The position numbers and the translations under genes were made by a program. DNA of 64,000 bases from Candidatus Izemoplasmatales bacterium (GTDB taxonomy: Bacteria; Bacillota_I; Bacilli_A; Izemoplasmatales; Hujiaoplasmataceae). The notes under the pieces are model-generated. The model was not told where the DNA came from. It searched no databases and worked only from the letters and a program-made list of their open reading frames with translations. The DNA lies in assembly GCA_050177605.1 (NCBI GenBank), contig JBFXGX010000001.1, forward strand, positions 111,059 through 175,058, given 5' to 3'. Positions 29,885-40,228 of the stretch are shown piece after piece. How positions within the stretch are numbered: the first letter of the stretch is position 1; each line of letters opens with the position of its first letter.

Positions 29885-32800
29885 TTATAAATCGAATAAC
29901 GATAATTGGTTTTCGTTTATCATTCCTTCAAACGTTCCAAGCCCTTCAAGACGTTCAAAAAGGGTTGTTGATAACTTTGTTCTCGTCTTAATATCTTGTT
30001 TTGAAATAAATGGTTTTTCATCTCGAGCTTCGATAATTGAAGAAGCAACGTTTGTACCCAAAGAATCAATCACAATAAATGGTAACAACAGTCCTTGATG
30101 GTCTTCCGTAATTGTAAAATCAGTTGCTTCTGATTTCATAATGTCAATCGGTTCAAAACGGAATCCACGTTTGACCATTTCAAGTGCTATTTCTAACACT
30201 GTGACTAAATTCTTTTCACGTTCAGATGCATCGTTTCCTTTATCATTGATTTCATCTAGTTTTCTTTTAATTCCAACTTCTCCTTCCATAAAGGCTTCCA
30301 CATCAAAAATGGATGCTCTTTTAGAAAAATAAGCGGAATAGAAATAGATTGGACGATATAATTTAAACCATGCGATTCTCATCGCCATTAATACATAGGC
30401 TGTGGCATGGGCTTTTGGAAACATGTATTTAATCTTGCTACAAGCCCAAATATACCATTCAGGCACATTTGATGACCTCATTAAATCAGCGTATTGAGCC
30501 CATTTATCTGGATTTCCAGGAGCTTTTCCTTTACGGACAAATTCCATAATTTCGAATGATAATGTTGGATTCATTCCATAATCAATTAAATCCACCATAA
30601 TATCATCACGACATCCTATGATATCTTTAAAGTCTACTCGACCAAATTCTCTTCTTCTTCCAGTTACCAAGTCTTGAGCATTTCCACTCCATACATCAGT
30701 ACCATGAGAAAGACCCGATATTTTAACAAGTTCTGAGAATGTTCCCGGACGTGAGTCCCTTAGCATCCCCCTAACAAAGTTCGTTCCAAATTCTGGAATT
30801 CCATAGGAAGCAACATCGGACATAATATCTTCTGGTGATAAACCGATAGCTTCTGTTCCAGAGAGTAATTTATAAACAGCCTTATCGTCTACAGGAATGT
30901 CTTTTGGATCGGAGAATGGAAAATCGAGTGGTTCCTTTTTAACTAAATCCATTAAATATCTGATCATCGTTGGATCATCATGGCCAAGTACATCGAGTTT
31001 GAATAAATTACTTTCGAATGAATGATAGTCATAGTGTGTCGTCTTCCAAGTCGTATCCGTAGAGTCTCCAGGATACTGAATCGGTGTGACATCGTAGATT
31101 TCTTTAATATTTGGCACAACAACGATTCCACCAGGATGTTGACCACTGGTTCTTTTCGAGCCTTCAATTCCTTTGGCGAGCCTTTCCATTTCAGCACGTC
31201 TAATTGGAATCGATGGTTTCCCCTCGTTTCTGAGTGACTCATTCAATTTTTCATAATAATCCCTTACCATACCATAAGCAGTTTTCGCAGCGCAGGTTCC
31301 AATTGTTCCTGCTCGAAAGGCATAATTATGACCGAATAATTTTCGAATATATTCATGGACTTGTCCTTGATAGTCTCCCGAAAAGTTTAGATCAATATCC
31401 GGGACTTTATCCCCTTTAAATCCAAGGAAAGTTTCAAATGGAATATCATGTCCATCTTTTTTTAATGGTGTATTACAGATCGGGCAAACTTCATCTGGTA
31501 AGTCCCATCCACAGTCGGTACGATCTAACAATTTTTGATGTACTTGCTCGAATTCACTGGAAGGATATTGTTGTTTTTCTTCTTCCGTTTTCTTGAATGC
31601 AGAAAAATGACATTTTGGACAAACATAATGTGGAGGCAGTGGATTTACTTCGGTAATATCCATAAATGTCGCCACAAGACTGGATCCTACGGAACCTCTT
31701 GAACCAACTAAATAACCATCATCAAGTGATTTTTTAACGAGAAGATGGGAGATATAATACACAGTTGAGAATTGATGTTTGATAATACTATCTAATTCTT
31801 TATCTAAACGTTTTTTAACAATAAAAGGCAGAGGATTACCATAGAGCTTGCTAGCGCGTTCTCTCACCATATTTTCAACTTTAACTTTAATTGAAGGTAC
31901 ACCTTGTTCTGCTAAAAATTCATCGGTTGGCGCAAAGAGTTCATCTGGAAATAACGGAAAATCATCAATCGAATCGGCAATCAAGTTTGTATTTTTTACA
32001 ACGATTTCATAGGCGAGTTCTTCTCCTAAAAATTGGAACTCTGAAAGCATTTCTTCCGTCGTTTTAAAATATTCACTTGGCTTTTCTGATTCACCATATA
32101 GTTTATGGAAACCACCACCACCAACAAGTGGTGTATTTATCATGATTTCTCTATAAATCTTATCTTCGGGATCAAGATGATGTGCATCACTTGTCGCACA
32201 AACGACAATATTTAATTCTTTCGCGACTTCTACAATTCTTTTTATAACATCCTCAATGACATATTTCCAATTTGGCATCTGGTATGCCATATAGGAAAAT
32301 GTTGAAGGTGGTTGTACTTCAATGAAGTCATAATACTTTGCTGCTTTTTTAAGATCTTCACGTGATTTGTTCATTGCGGTTTCAAAAAAGTCAGAGTTTC
32401 GGCATCCGGTCGACACTAAAATTCCTTTTCGGTACCGATCAAGTTCGGTTTTAATGATTTTTCCATCACGGTCATAATAATCTGTCAAAGCTAAAGACAG
32501 AATTTTATACAAATTCTTTAATCCCTCGTGCTTTTTGACAAGAAGGTTAATATGCTTTGGATAAGGGTATTTATAACTTTCTGAATGTGGAATAATCTGA
32601 TTCAGTTCATAAAAACGGGTAACACTATCTTTTTTAAGTTTCTTTAACATATGCAAAAATACTTCAGTCGTTGCCTTCGCATCATTAATTGCTCGATGGT
32701 GATCGGTTAAAGGAACTTTAAGGAATTTACATAAAGCATCGAGTCCATATCTTGAACGTCCAGGATATAAGACTTTTGCCAAAACAAGCGTGTCAATGGA

Positions 32801-34357
32801 TGGTTGAACCACATTCGAGATGGATAAGGCTTGATAATTTTGATAAAGATGTCCTAAGTCAAATTCTGCATTATGTGCGACAAGAATCGTATCTTTGCTG
32901 AAATCATAAAACTTACGTAAGACTTCATCAATATAAGGAGCTGTTCTCACCATTGAATTGGTAATTCCAGTTAATTCTGTAGTAAAAGCATTGATTTCTT
33001 TATTAGGATTTATGAAAGATTGAAATTCTCCGATAATTGCGCCATTTTTTATTTTAACTGCACCAATTTCAATCATCGTATCATAAATAACACTAAGTCC
33101 AGTGGTTTCAATATCAAAGACGGTGAAGGTGGCATCACCTAGAAGTTTTTCATAGGTTCCATTCGTCACGTGGATTTCTTCATCATTCACATAGACGAGT
33201 TCTAATCCATAAATAGGTTTGATATCTTTCCCTTTCACAGCATGAGCAAATTCAGGAAAACTTTGACAAGAACCATGATCCGTAATTGCAATGGCTTTAT
33301 GTCCCCATGCAAGGGCTCTTTCAACATATTCATCGACTGTTGGAACACCGTCTAGAGCAGACATTTTTGTATGCGTATGTAATTCGACTCGCTTTTCACT
33401 AGCAAGGTCTTCTCTCGTGTTTTTTGGTAATACTGCAGTTGATTTTGCTAAAGATAAAGCGTTGATTGATACTTCACCATAGAAATTATCAAATTGAGCG
33501 TATCCTGACACTAAAAGACCGTAGCCTTCCTTCAGATTCGCCACAAATCCTTTTTCTTCCATCGAAGGTAGTCTTTTTTTAACTGTGATTGAATCCGTAC
33601 CATCAGTAATAATGATGTTCGCTTGTGAACCATTTCTTTGTTCACGAATATCGATTGACACAATGGTTCCTCGAAGTGTAAACATCGCTTTATTTCCATT
33701 TTTAGCTTTATACTCTTCTAAATCCATTTCCGATAAAGGTAGTTCTCCAATTGCGAAAAAATCATTTCCAACTGGTTTATCTTCATAGAGTTGTTCATAT
33801 TTAATTTCTTTCACATTCAATACGCTTTGATTTGATTGAACAAAAGTACGATTTGCTTTTTCAATCTCTTCTTGAATTGGTTTAGAAGCTTCATCCATTT
33901 GAATTTCGACAGAAATTGAGAATCCGTTTCTTTTCATTTCTCGTTCAATATCTGTACGAAACATGGAAGCTGACTTCGCTCCAAAAGGCACTAGGATTGA
34001 AATGACACCATCTTTATAATCGACATCATAATCTTTTAAAGGCATCATTCTTTTATCTTCTTCAATCATCAAATCAACTGAGTAGTCATAGTATTCGATA
34101 TAATCTTCATCCGAGATGATTTCATACTTTACATCGTATTCGACGTGGTGCACGCTATCAACGATGGATGGTAGTTGATGTAAAAGGTTCATAAAATAAC
34201 GATATCTTAGGACCGGTACTGGTTTTTCAAACGCAAAAGAAAAGTGCCATGTATTGGTCACTTCATCGACTTCAATGCTAGAGATATCACCATAGTCAAG
34301 AACGGTTTGATCTTCGCATTTGATTAAGTTTAGTAATTTTTGCATTTCTTCTTTCAT
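29885..34357 (-). CDS. polC: DNA polymerase III PolC-type
   Basis: RVELHTHTKMS PHP domain, embedded DIETTG exonuclease, GSRGSVGSS, KVPDIDLNFSG, KIKYMFPKAHA. Confidence 0.98.
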   Translation of the reverse strand: MKEEMQKLLNLIKCEDQTVLDYGDISSIEVDEVTNTWHFSFAFEKPVPVLRYRYFMNLLHQLPSIVDSVHHVEYDVKYEIISDEDYIEYYDYSVDLMIEEDKRMMPLKDYDVDYKDGVISILVPFGAKSASMFRTDIEREMKRNGFSISVEIQMDEASKPIQEEIEKANRTFVQSNQSVLNVKEIKYEQLYEDKPVGNDFFAIGELPLSEMDLEEYKAKNGNKAMFTLRGTIVSIDIREQRNGSQANIIITDGTDSITVKKRLPSMEEKGFVANLKEGYGLLVSGYAQFDNFYGEVSINALSLAKSTAVLPKNTREDLASEKRVELHTHTKMSALDGVPTVDEYVERALAWGHKAIAITDHGSCQSFPEFAHAVKGKDIKPIYGLELVYVNDEEIHVTNGTYEKLLGDATFTVFDIETTGLSVIYDTMIEIGAVKIKNGAIIGEFQSFINPNKEINAFTTELTGITNSMVRTAPYIDEVLRKFYDFSKDTILVAHNAEFDLGHLYQNYQALSISNVVQPSIDTLVLAKVLYPGRSRYGLDALCKFLKVPLTDHHRAINDAKATTEVFLHMLKKLKKDSVTRFYELNQIIPHSESYKYPYPKHINLLVKKHEGLKNLYKILSLALTDYYDRDGKIIKTELDRYRKGILVSTGCRNSDFFETAMNKSREDLKKAAKYYDFIEVQPPSTFSYMAYQMPNWKYVIEDVIKRIVEVAKELNIVVCATSDAHHLDPEDKIYREIMINTPLVGGGGFHKLYGESEKPSEYFKTTEEMLSEFQFLGEELAYEIVVKNTNLIADSIDDFPLFPDELFAPTDEFLAEQGVPSIKVKVENMVRERASKLYGNPLPFIVKKRLDKELDSIIKHQFSTVYYISHLLVKKSLDDGYLVGSRGSVGSSLVATFMDITEVNPLPPHYVCPKCHFSAFKKTEEEKQQYPSSEFEQVHQKLLDRTDCGWDLPDEVCPICNTPLKKDGHDIPFETFLGFKGDKVPDIDLNFSGDYQGQVHEYIRKLFGHNYAFRAGTIGTCAAKTAYGMVRDYYEKLNESLRNEGKPSIPIRRAEMERLAKGIEGSKRTSGQHPGGIVVVPNIKEIYDVTPIQYPGDSTDTTWKTTHYDYHSFESNLFKLDVLGHDDPTMIRYLMDLVKKEPLDFPFSDPKDIPVDDKAVYKLLSGTEAIGLSPEDIMSDVASYGIPEFGTNFVRGMLRDSRPGTFSELVKISGLSHGTDVWSGNAQDLVTGRRREFGRVDFKDIIGCRDDIMVDLIDYGMNPTLSFEIMEFVRKGKAPGNPDKWAQYADLMRSSNVPEWYIWACSKIKYMFPKAHATAYVLMAMRIAWFKLYRPIYFYSAYFSKRASIFDVEAFMEGEVGIKRKLDEINDKGNDASEREKNLVTVLEIALEMVKRGFRFEPIDIMKSEATDFTITEDHQGLLLPFIVIDSLGTNVASSIIEARDEKPFISKQDIKTRTKLSTTLFERLEGLGTFEGMINENQLSLFDL

Positions 34358-34424
34358 TCAAATCAACCCCAATAATTATCAATATTATAACATACAATTT
34401 CAATGTAAATTTATGAAAATAAAA

Positions 34425-34500
34425 TAAAATACCCTTTTTTTTGAAAAAAAAGGGATAGAAAAAAGTAGACGGTTTGTGGTCTACTTTCTTTGGTTTTTTT
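34425..34500 (-). terminator. Two tandem terminator-like hairpins after rpoZ
   Basis: AAAGTAGAC-N9-GTCTACTTT and CCCTTTTTTTT..AAAAAAAAGGG inverted repeats. Confidence 0.6.
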
Positions 34501-34503
34501 TGA

Positions 34504-34716
34504 TTAAAATTCAGCTTTAACTTTTCCTGCTAAAATTTCTTCAAGTGCTTGTCCTACTGGTTTCACGCATTTGTTATCAACTGATGAAAAATCATCTTGT
34601 TTAATGATTTTTGCGCGTTTTGCAGAGATATAAGCTAGTTTATACTTTGAATCGATAACTTCTAATAGATTATCTATTGATGGGTAACGTAACCCTTCTG
34701 TATTTTTATTGCTCAC
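34504..34716 (-). CDS. rpoZ: RNA polymerase omega subunit
   Basis: YPSIDNLL..IDSKY.L....AKRA...KPV..ALEEI; follows gmk. Confidence 0.93.
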   Translation of the reverse strand: MSNKNTEGLRYPSIDNLLEVIDSKYKLAYISAKRAKIIKQDDFSSVDNKCVKPVGQALEEILAGKVKAEF

Positions 34717-35338
34717 TTGAGTTTCCCTCCATTAATTTGTAATACTTATGAATTGATCTTTCGGTTTTTGCGTGTTCGGCACGTATAATCGCGTAAATTC
34801 GATCTGCAGCGTTTTTAACATCATCATTAACAACGATATAATCATATTTATAAGCTAAATGATATTCTCTTTCTGCTTTTTGAATTCTTTTTTGAATCGT
34901 ATCAGAATTCTCTGTACCACGATTTGTAAGTCGATCGAGTAATGCTTGTTTTGATGGTGGTACAATGAATATGAAGACGGCATCAGGTTTTTGTTCTCGA
35001 ACTTTCAGTGCGCCTTCAACTTCAATCTCAACAATGACTTCTTTTCCACTATCGATTTGTTTGTCTACGTACTCTAGTGGTGTTCCATAATATTCGCCAA
35101 CAAATTCAGCGTACTCAAGTAGTTTTTTTTGTTTGATTTTTTGTTCGAACTCTTCTTTTGACACAAAGAAATAATCGACACCATCTTGTTCACCCTGTCT
35201 CGGTTTTCTTGTCGTCATGGATACGGAGTAACAAAAATTGTTGTCTGGAATTTGGAATAACGCTTTTCTGATGGTGCCCTTACCGACGCCTGATGGGCCA
35301 CTAATGACGACCAACAAGCCTTGCTCATTCAGCTTCAA
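34706..35338 (-). CDS. gmk: Guanylate kinase
   Basis: SGPSGVGKGT, S.TTR.PR.GE.DGVDYFF, YYGT. Confidence 0.97.
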   Translation of the reverse strand: MKLNEQGLLVVISGPSGVGKGTIRKALFQIPDNNFCYSVSMTTRKPRQGEQDGVDYFFVSKEEFEQKIKQKKLLEYAEFVGEYYGTPLEYVDKQIDSGKEVIVEIEVEGALKVREQKPDAVFIFIVPPSKQALLDRLTNRGTENSDTIQKRIQKAEREYHLAYKYDYIVVNDDVKNAADRIYAIIRAEHAKTERSIHKYYKLMEGNSSEQ

Positions 35339-35451
35339 GTTTTCGCCTCCCAGAGTAAATTCATTATGAAATATAATACCACAAAGTCACTTCATTGTAA
35401 AATTTTTTTTATCTTTTTTAACATGTGGTATAATGATTGAAGGTGAAATAG

Positions 35452-37113
35452 ATGAGTTTAGATGGATACATGTATCATTTTCTCGCAGAAGAGCTAAATG
35501 ACCAACTACAAAATGGAAGAATTCAAAAAATATATCAGTTAGGAAAAACTGATTTTTTATGGATGGTTCGAAGTGCAAATCAAACCCATCAATTGTTACT
35601 ATCTCTGTCCACTTCTCTTGCTCGAACACAAATTACAAAAATTCAAAGCGAGAAACCAGATAATCCTAGTGGGTTTTGTATGTTTCAAAGAAAATATCTT
35701 GAAGGTGGTTTTATTCAAAGTGTTTCATCCATTGATTATGATCGAATCATTAAGTTCGTTGTAAATAATGTCAATGAAATTGGAGATAATGCAACGTATC
35801 ATGTGTATATGGAAGTATTTAGTAGATATACGAACCTTGTCATCACTGACGAGTTTGATGTCATCATTGATGCTTTCAAACATTTATCACCACTTGATAA
35901 TGTAGATCGAACAATCATTAAGGGAGCTACATATCTCGCTCCTTTGAATCAAAAAATTAAGCCTTATGAAAAAGAAAAGATTGATCAATTCTTTGAGAGT
36001 CATGATGAAATTACTTATAAGGATCTTTTACAAAATTTTAGCGGATTCTCACCAGCCAGTACCAAGTATATTCTTTCCTATGCTGAAAAAGAGCATCTTT
36101 CCATCAAGGACAGTTATAAGCATTTTGTTAATCAAAAAATCAATCCAACAAGTCTTGTAGATAAATATTATGTGTATGACATTTTTGATGGTGACCTAAA
36201 AATTCACCATACTTCCATTTCTGAAATGATGGATCGAGTTTATCTTGAAACTTCAAAAATCGAGAGGATGAAACAAATCTCAAAAAATGTCTACCAACTA
36301 GCAAAAAGAGAATTTGAAAAGAATAAAAATAAACTAGAAAAATTAACCAAAGAACTTGATGAAGCTCTCGCTTCTGATATTTATAAAACGAAAGGAAACT
36401 TGATTCAGCAACATCTTCTAGAAATCAAAAAAGGAGATGCCTCCTTCAGTGGATTTGATTACGTCACAAATCAAGAAATGCTGGTAGAACTAGATCGACT
36501 GTTAACTCCTGTTCAAAATGCTAACTTATATTACAAAAAATATAAAAAAGGAAAATCTGCAGTCAAATTTATCGAAGATCAAATTGAGTTGACAAAAAAA
36601 CAAATCATTTATTTCGATGTGATGATCACACAAATCGAAAACGGAACTCCTTCAGATATTGAAGAAATTAAAGATGAACTTATCGAAAAAGGACTAATGC
36701 GTCGTCACGCCAAGAAATCAAAATCAAAGGTACCAAATTATGACATCTATCTTACGCAAAAAGATATCCAAATATTGGTCGGTAAAAATAACCTTCAAAA
36801 TGAATATCTAACCCATAAGCTAGCCTCTTCTACAGATTGGTGGTTTCACACAAAGGATATCCATGGTTCTCACGTTATTGTAAAATCACAAGATTCGCTT
36901 GATGAAGAAACTATTAGAATGGCTTCTATGCTTGCAAGCTATTTTTCGAAAGCTCGATTATCTAGTTCTGTCCCTGTTGACTATACACAAGTCAAATACG
37001 TTAAAAAAATACCAGGTGAAATGGGCTCCCTTGTTACCTACACCAATCAAAAAACAATTTATATTGATCCAGACATTAATAAGATCCAACAATTTAGGAA
37101 AAAAAATCATTAA
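35452..37113 (+). CDS. rqcH: Ribosome quality control factor RqcH (NFACT/FbpA family)
   Basis: MSLDG start, P.GFCM..RKYL, GKNNLQNEYLT, W.H.KDI.GSHV, VPVDYT. Confidence 0.92.
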   Translation: MSLDGYMYHFLAEELNDQLQNGRIQKIYQLGKTDFLWMVRSANQTHQLLLSLSTSLARTQITKIQSEKPDNPSGFCMFQRKYLEGGFIQSVSSIDYDRIIKFVVNNVNEIGDNATYHVYMEVFSRYTNLVITDEFDVIIDAFKHLSPLDNVDRTIIKGATYLAPLNQKIKPYEKEKIDQFFESHDEITYKDLLQNFSGFSPASTKYILSYAEKEHLSIKDSYKHFVNQKINPTSLVDKYYVYDIFDGDLKIHHTSISEMMDRVYLETSKIERMKQISKNVYQLAKREFEKNKNKLEKLTKELDEALASDIYKTKGNLIQQHLLEIKKGDASFSGFDYVTNQEMLVELDRLLTPVQNANLYYKKYKKGKSAVKFIEDQIELTKKQIIYFDVMITQIENGTPSDIEEIKDELIEKGLMRRHAKKSKSKVPNYDIYLTQKDIQILVGKNNLQNEYLTHKLASSTDWWFHTKDIHGSHVIVKSQDSLDEETIRMASMLASYFSKARLSSSVPVDYTQVKYVKKIPGEMGSLVTYTNQKTIYIDPDINKIQQFRKKNH

Positions 37114-37144
37114 AAAAACTCTGTTCGCACAGAGTCTTTTTTTT
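37112..37144. terminator. Bidirectional terminator between rqcH and thrS
   Basis: ACTCTGT-tcgc-ACAGAGT flanked by A- and T-runs. Confidence 0.75.
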
Positions 37145-39044
37145 ACTTGTTTTTAATTTCTTCTGTAATCATCTTAACAAAATCATCAAGTGAAACAGTC
37201 GTTTGTTCTTTCTCGCCGTATTTACGGAAAGTCACATTGCCAGAGGCACTTTCTTCATCGCCAATAACAATTTGGTATGGAATTTTCTTTGTTTGTGCTT
37301 CTCTGATTTTATATCCAAGTTTTTCATCACGGTAATCTGTTTCAGTACGAATTCCACTTTCAAGTAACACTTTGTTTACTTTATCGCTTGCTTCTTTATG
37401 GAATTCTAGATTCACTGGAATAACTTTCACTTGAACCGGTGCTAACCAAGTAGGGAAAGCTCCTGCGTAATGCTCAATTAAAATTCCGATGAAACGTTCA
37501 ATTGAACCAAATAATGCTCTATGTAGCATTACAGGTCTTTGTTTTTCTCCAGATTGATCAATATAAGTTAAGTCAAAACGTTCAGGTAAATTCATATCTA
37601 ATTGAATTGTGCCACATTGCCAAATTCGGTTCATAGAGTCTCTTAACTTAAAATCAAGTTTAGGTCCATAAAAGGCCCCATCACCAGGATTAATAATAAA
37701 GTCTTTTCCCATTGATTTAAGCGCAGCAGCTAGGGCAGCTTCGGATTTATCCCATGTTTCAATCTTTCCAATAAATTTATCAAGCGGACGAGTCGATAGT
37801 TCGATATGATAGCTAAGGTTAAAGACACTGTACATGTATTCGAATAAGCGAACAAGTTCAGCTACTTCAGTCACGATTTGATCCTCTGTCATAAAGATAT
37901 GCGCGTCATCTTGAGTAAAGTTACGTACTCGAAATAATCCATTTAACGCACCGCTTGCTTCATGGCGATGAACAAGACCGAGTTCTCCAACTTTTAGTGG
38001 GAAGTCTTTGTATGAATGAATGTCTCTCTTATAAACTAGCATTCCACCAGGACAGTTCATTGGTTTAATTGCGAATTCTTGTTCATCAATTTTTGATGTA
38101 TACATATTATCGCGATAATTTGCCCAGTGACCTGAAATCTCCCATAATTCTTTATTGAGCATAATTGGTGTTTGAATAAGTTTATATCCTTCTTTAAGAT
38201 GAACCTTATACCAAAAATCTTCTAGTTCTCTTCTTAGGATCATTCCATTTGGTAACCAGAATGGGAATCCAGGTCCAAATTCACTTAACATGAATAAATC
38301 GAGTTCTTTTCCAAGTTTTCGATGATCTCTTTTTTTACGTTCTTCTAAATCGATTAAATGTTGTTTTAATTCTTCTTCCTTAAAGAAACATGTACCATAG
38401 ACTCTAGTTAATTGCTTATTTTTTGAATCTCCGCGCCAATAAGCTCCTGCCAAAGATAATAGTTTGAAATTCTTAATCCACTTTGTGGAAGGAAGATGTG
38501 GTCCTCGACAAAGGTCGGTAAAAACAGATTGAGAATAAGTTGATATCTCTTCTCCTTCAGGTAAATCATTGATGAGTTCTAGTTTATATGGATCATCCAT
38601 AAAAAACTTCAAGGCTTCACTTTTAGATAATACACTACGTTTAATAACTTGGTTTTGACTAGCAAGCTTTAACATCGTTTTTTCGATTTTAGGAAGATCA
38701 GATTCAGTGAGAACATCGTCTCCTAAATCGATATCGTAATAAAAGCCTTCTTCAATCACAGGACCGACACCAAATTTTGCGTGTGGATACATTTGTTTTA
38801 CGGCTTCAGCTAACATATGCGCGGTAGAATGGCGAAGCACTTCAAGCGCTTCTTTGTCCTCCTCGGTAATAAGCTCTAAACTTGCATCTTCAAAAAGACG
38901 GGTGTCTAGATCAACTAGTTTTCCATCCACTTTTGCGACGATGCTTTTCTTTTTGAGCGAAATTGAAATCTTTTCAGCAATTTCTAAAACAGATAAACCA
39001 TTTTCGAATTCACTTATACTGCCATCTTTAAAACGAATTTTCAT
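37143..39044 (-). CDS. thrS: Threonyl-tRNA synthetase
   Basis: TGS domain, RHSTAH, DLCRGPH, RDHRKLG, KPMNCP, FTQDDAH, FYGPK, GSIERF. Confidence 0.98.
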   Translation of the reverse strand: MKIRFKDGSISEFENGLSVLEIAEKISISLKKKSIVAKVDGKLVDLDTRLFEDASLELITEEDKEALEVLRHSTAHMLAEAVKQMYPHAKFGVGPVIEEGFYYDIDLGDDVLTESDLPKIEKTMLKLASQNQVIKRSVLSKSEALKFFMDDPYKLELINDLPEGEEISTYSQSVFTDLCRGPHLPSTKWIKNFKLLSLAGAYWRGDSKNKQLTRVYGTCFFKEEELKQHLIDLEERKKRDHRKLGKELDLFMLSEFGPGFPFWLPNGMILRRELEDFWYKVHLKEGYKLIQTPIMLNKELWEISGHWANYRDNMYTSKIDEQEFAIKPMNCPGGMLVYKRDIHSYKDFPLKVGELGLVHRHEASGALNGLFRVRNFTQDDAHIFMTEDQIVTEVAELVRLFEYMYSVFNLSYHIELSTRPLDKFIGKIETWDKSEAALAAALKSMGKDFIINPGDGAFYGPKLDFKLRDSMNRIWQCGTIQLDMNLPERFDLTYIDQSGEKQRPVMLHRALFGSIERFIGILIEHYAGAFPTWLAPVQVKVIPVNLEFHKEASDKVNKVLLESGIRTETDYRDEKLGYKIREAQTKKIPYQIVIGDEESASGNVTFRKYGEKEQTTVSLDDFVKMITEEIKNK

Positions 39045-39063
39045 CTTTTTTTCCTCCTATATG

Positions 39064-39280
39064 AAAATAAAAAAAGTCGCCCTCAAAAAGGACGACAATG
39101 CGCGGTACCACCTTTGTTCTAGATTATCTAGCACTCAAACCGTTAACGCCGGACTACGGAACTTTTTCTAAAGTCTACTCCTTGGTGGTAATGTTCTTCG
39201 TTTCATATGTGGCTTACACCATTCCCACAATCGCTCGATGAAATCTTTATTAGAACATCATGTCCAATTCATTGTATTTC
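39064..39280 (-). promoter_or_regulatory. T-box riboswitch (Thr) upstream of thrS
   Basis: AAAGGTGGTACCGCG at 39101-39115; terminator hairpin plus U-run; specifier ACC at 39187-39189. Confidence 0.92.
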
Positions 39281-39288
39281 TTACTATC

Positions 39289-39316
39289 ATTATACAACAG
39301 AAGATAAATCTGTCAA
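39289..39316 (-). promoter_or_regulatory. Sigma-A promoter of thrS
   Basis: TTGACA-N16-TATAAT. Confidence 0.75.
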
Positions 39317-39317
39317 G

Positions 39318-40214
39318 TTAAATGCGTGGTTTTTCAGTAATTTCGAACTCTGTCGACAATTGTTTTACTCTGTCAAAGATTCTTAATGCTTTTGTTCTTT
39401 CTGCAGCCGAAGATTCCGTCTGTAAGGAATCTTTTAATGTTCTCATGGGTAGGTTTGATGAAAAGAAAACTGGTCTCTCTTCTAACAGCCTATGTTGAAG
39501 AATTGGTCCAAGAACTTCATCTCTGATAAACGCACTAGAGCTTTCACCGCCAAAATCATCTAAAAAAAGAATATCAACAGTTTTTAAATGATTTACTATA
39601 TCTTCAAGTTCGCCACTTCCTATTGATGATTTTATCTCACGAACCAAATCAGGATAATAAGCAAAGACTACTTCATATCCTTTTCTAGCTATTTCGTTAG
39701 CTAGACAAGCTAAAATATGTGTCTTACCCACACCAAACATTCCTGATAAATACATTCCTTTTTGAGGAGTATCTTTTGAATAGTTTTTCAAAAAAGACAT
39801 CATATATGAATGAATCAGTTTTCTATCTTCACCGACCAAATCAAGATCAGAAAAATCCGCGTTAAATATTTTTTTGGGGATGAACATTGCCTCAATTAAT
39901 AGTTTTGATTCATCAAAATCATTAAATCTACATTTAACATATTCTAGTACAACATCTTGGTTGTAAAAAGATAATTTTGGAGTCATCCCTGTAGACTGTA
40001 GTTTACATGAGAATATCCCAGGGCAGTTCTGACAGATAGATTTCGAATCTTTAAAGGTGAGAAAAGTATTGATATTTAACGTAATTTGATCATGCTTCAA
40101 ATCATTTTCCATCACAAAACGACGAATTACTGGATCTTCAAGTAATTTATCAATCATTTCATCTTTATTATTTGTACGACGATAATTCATTAAATAATCA
40201 AGTGGTTTTTTCAT
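39318..40214 (-). CDS. dnaI: Primosomal helicase loader DnaI
   Basis: N-terminal Cys cluster, KGMYLSG.FGVGKT, LDD.G.E, RDEVLG.ILQ.R, FFSSN. Confidence 0.94.
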   Translation of the reverse strand: MKKPLDYLMNYRRTNNKDEMIDKLLEDPVIRRFVMENDLKHDQITLNINTFLTFKDSKSICQNCPGIFSCKLQSTGMTPKLSFYNQDVVLEYVKCRFNDFDESKLLIEAMFIPKKIFNADFSDLDLVGEDRKLIHSYMMSFLKNYSKDTPQKGMYLSGMFGVGKTHILACLANEIARKGYEVVFAYYPDLVREIKSSIGSGELEDIVNHLKTVDILFLDDFGGESSSAFIRDEVLGPILQHRLLEERPVFFSSNLPMRTLKDSLQTESSAAERTKALRIFDRVKQLSTEFEITEKPRI

Positions 40215-40228
40215 CTTCAGCCCTCCTT

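Noticed and set aside
29885..34357. Intein in PolC
   Set aside because: 1490 aa is a normal PolC length and no intein or homing-endonuclease motifs were seen
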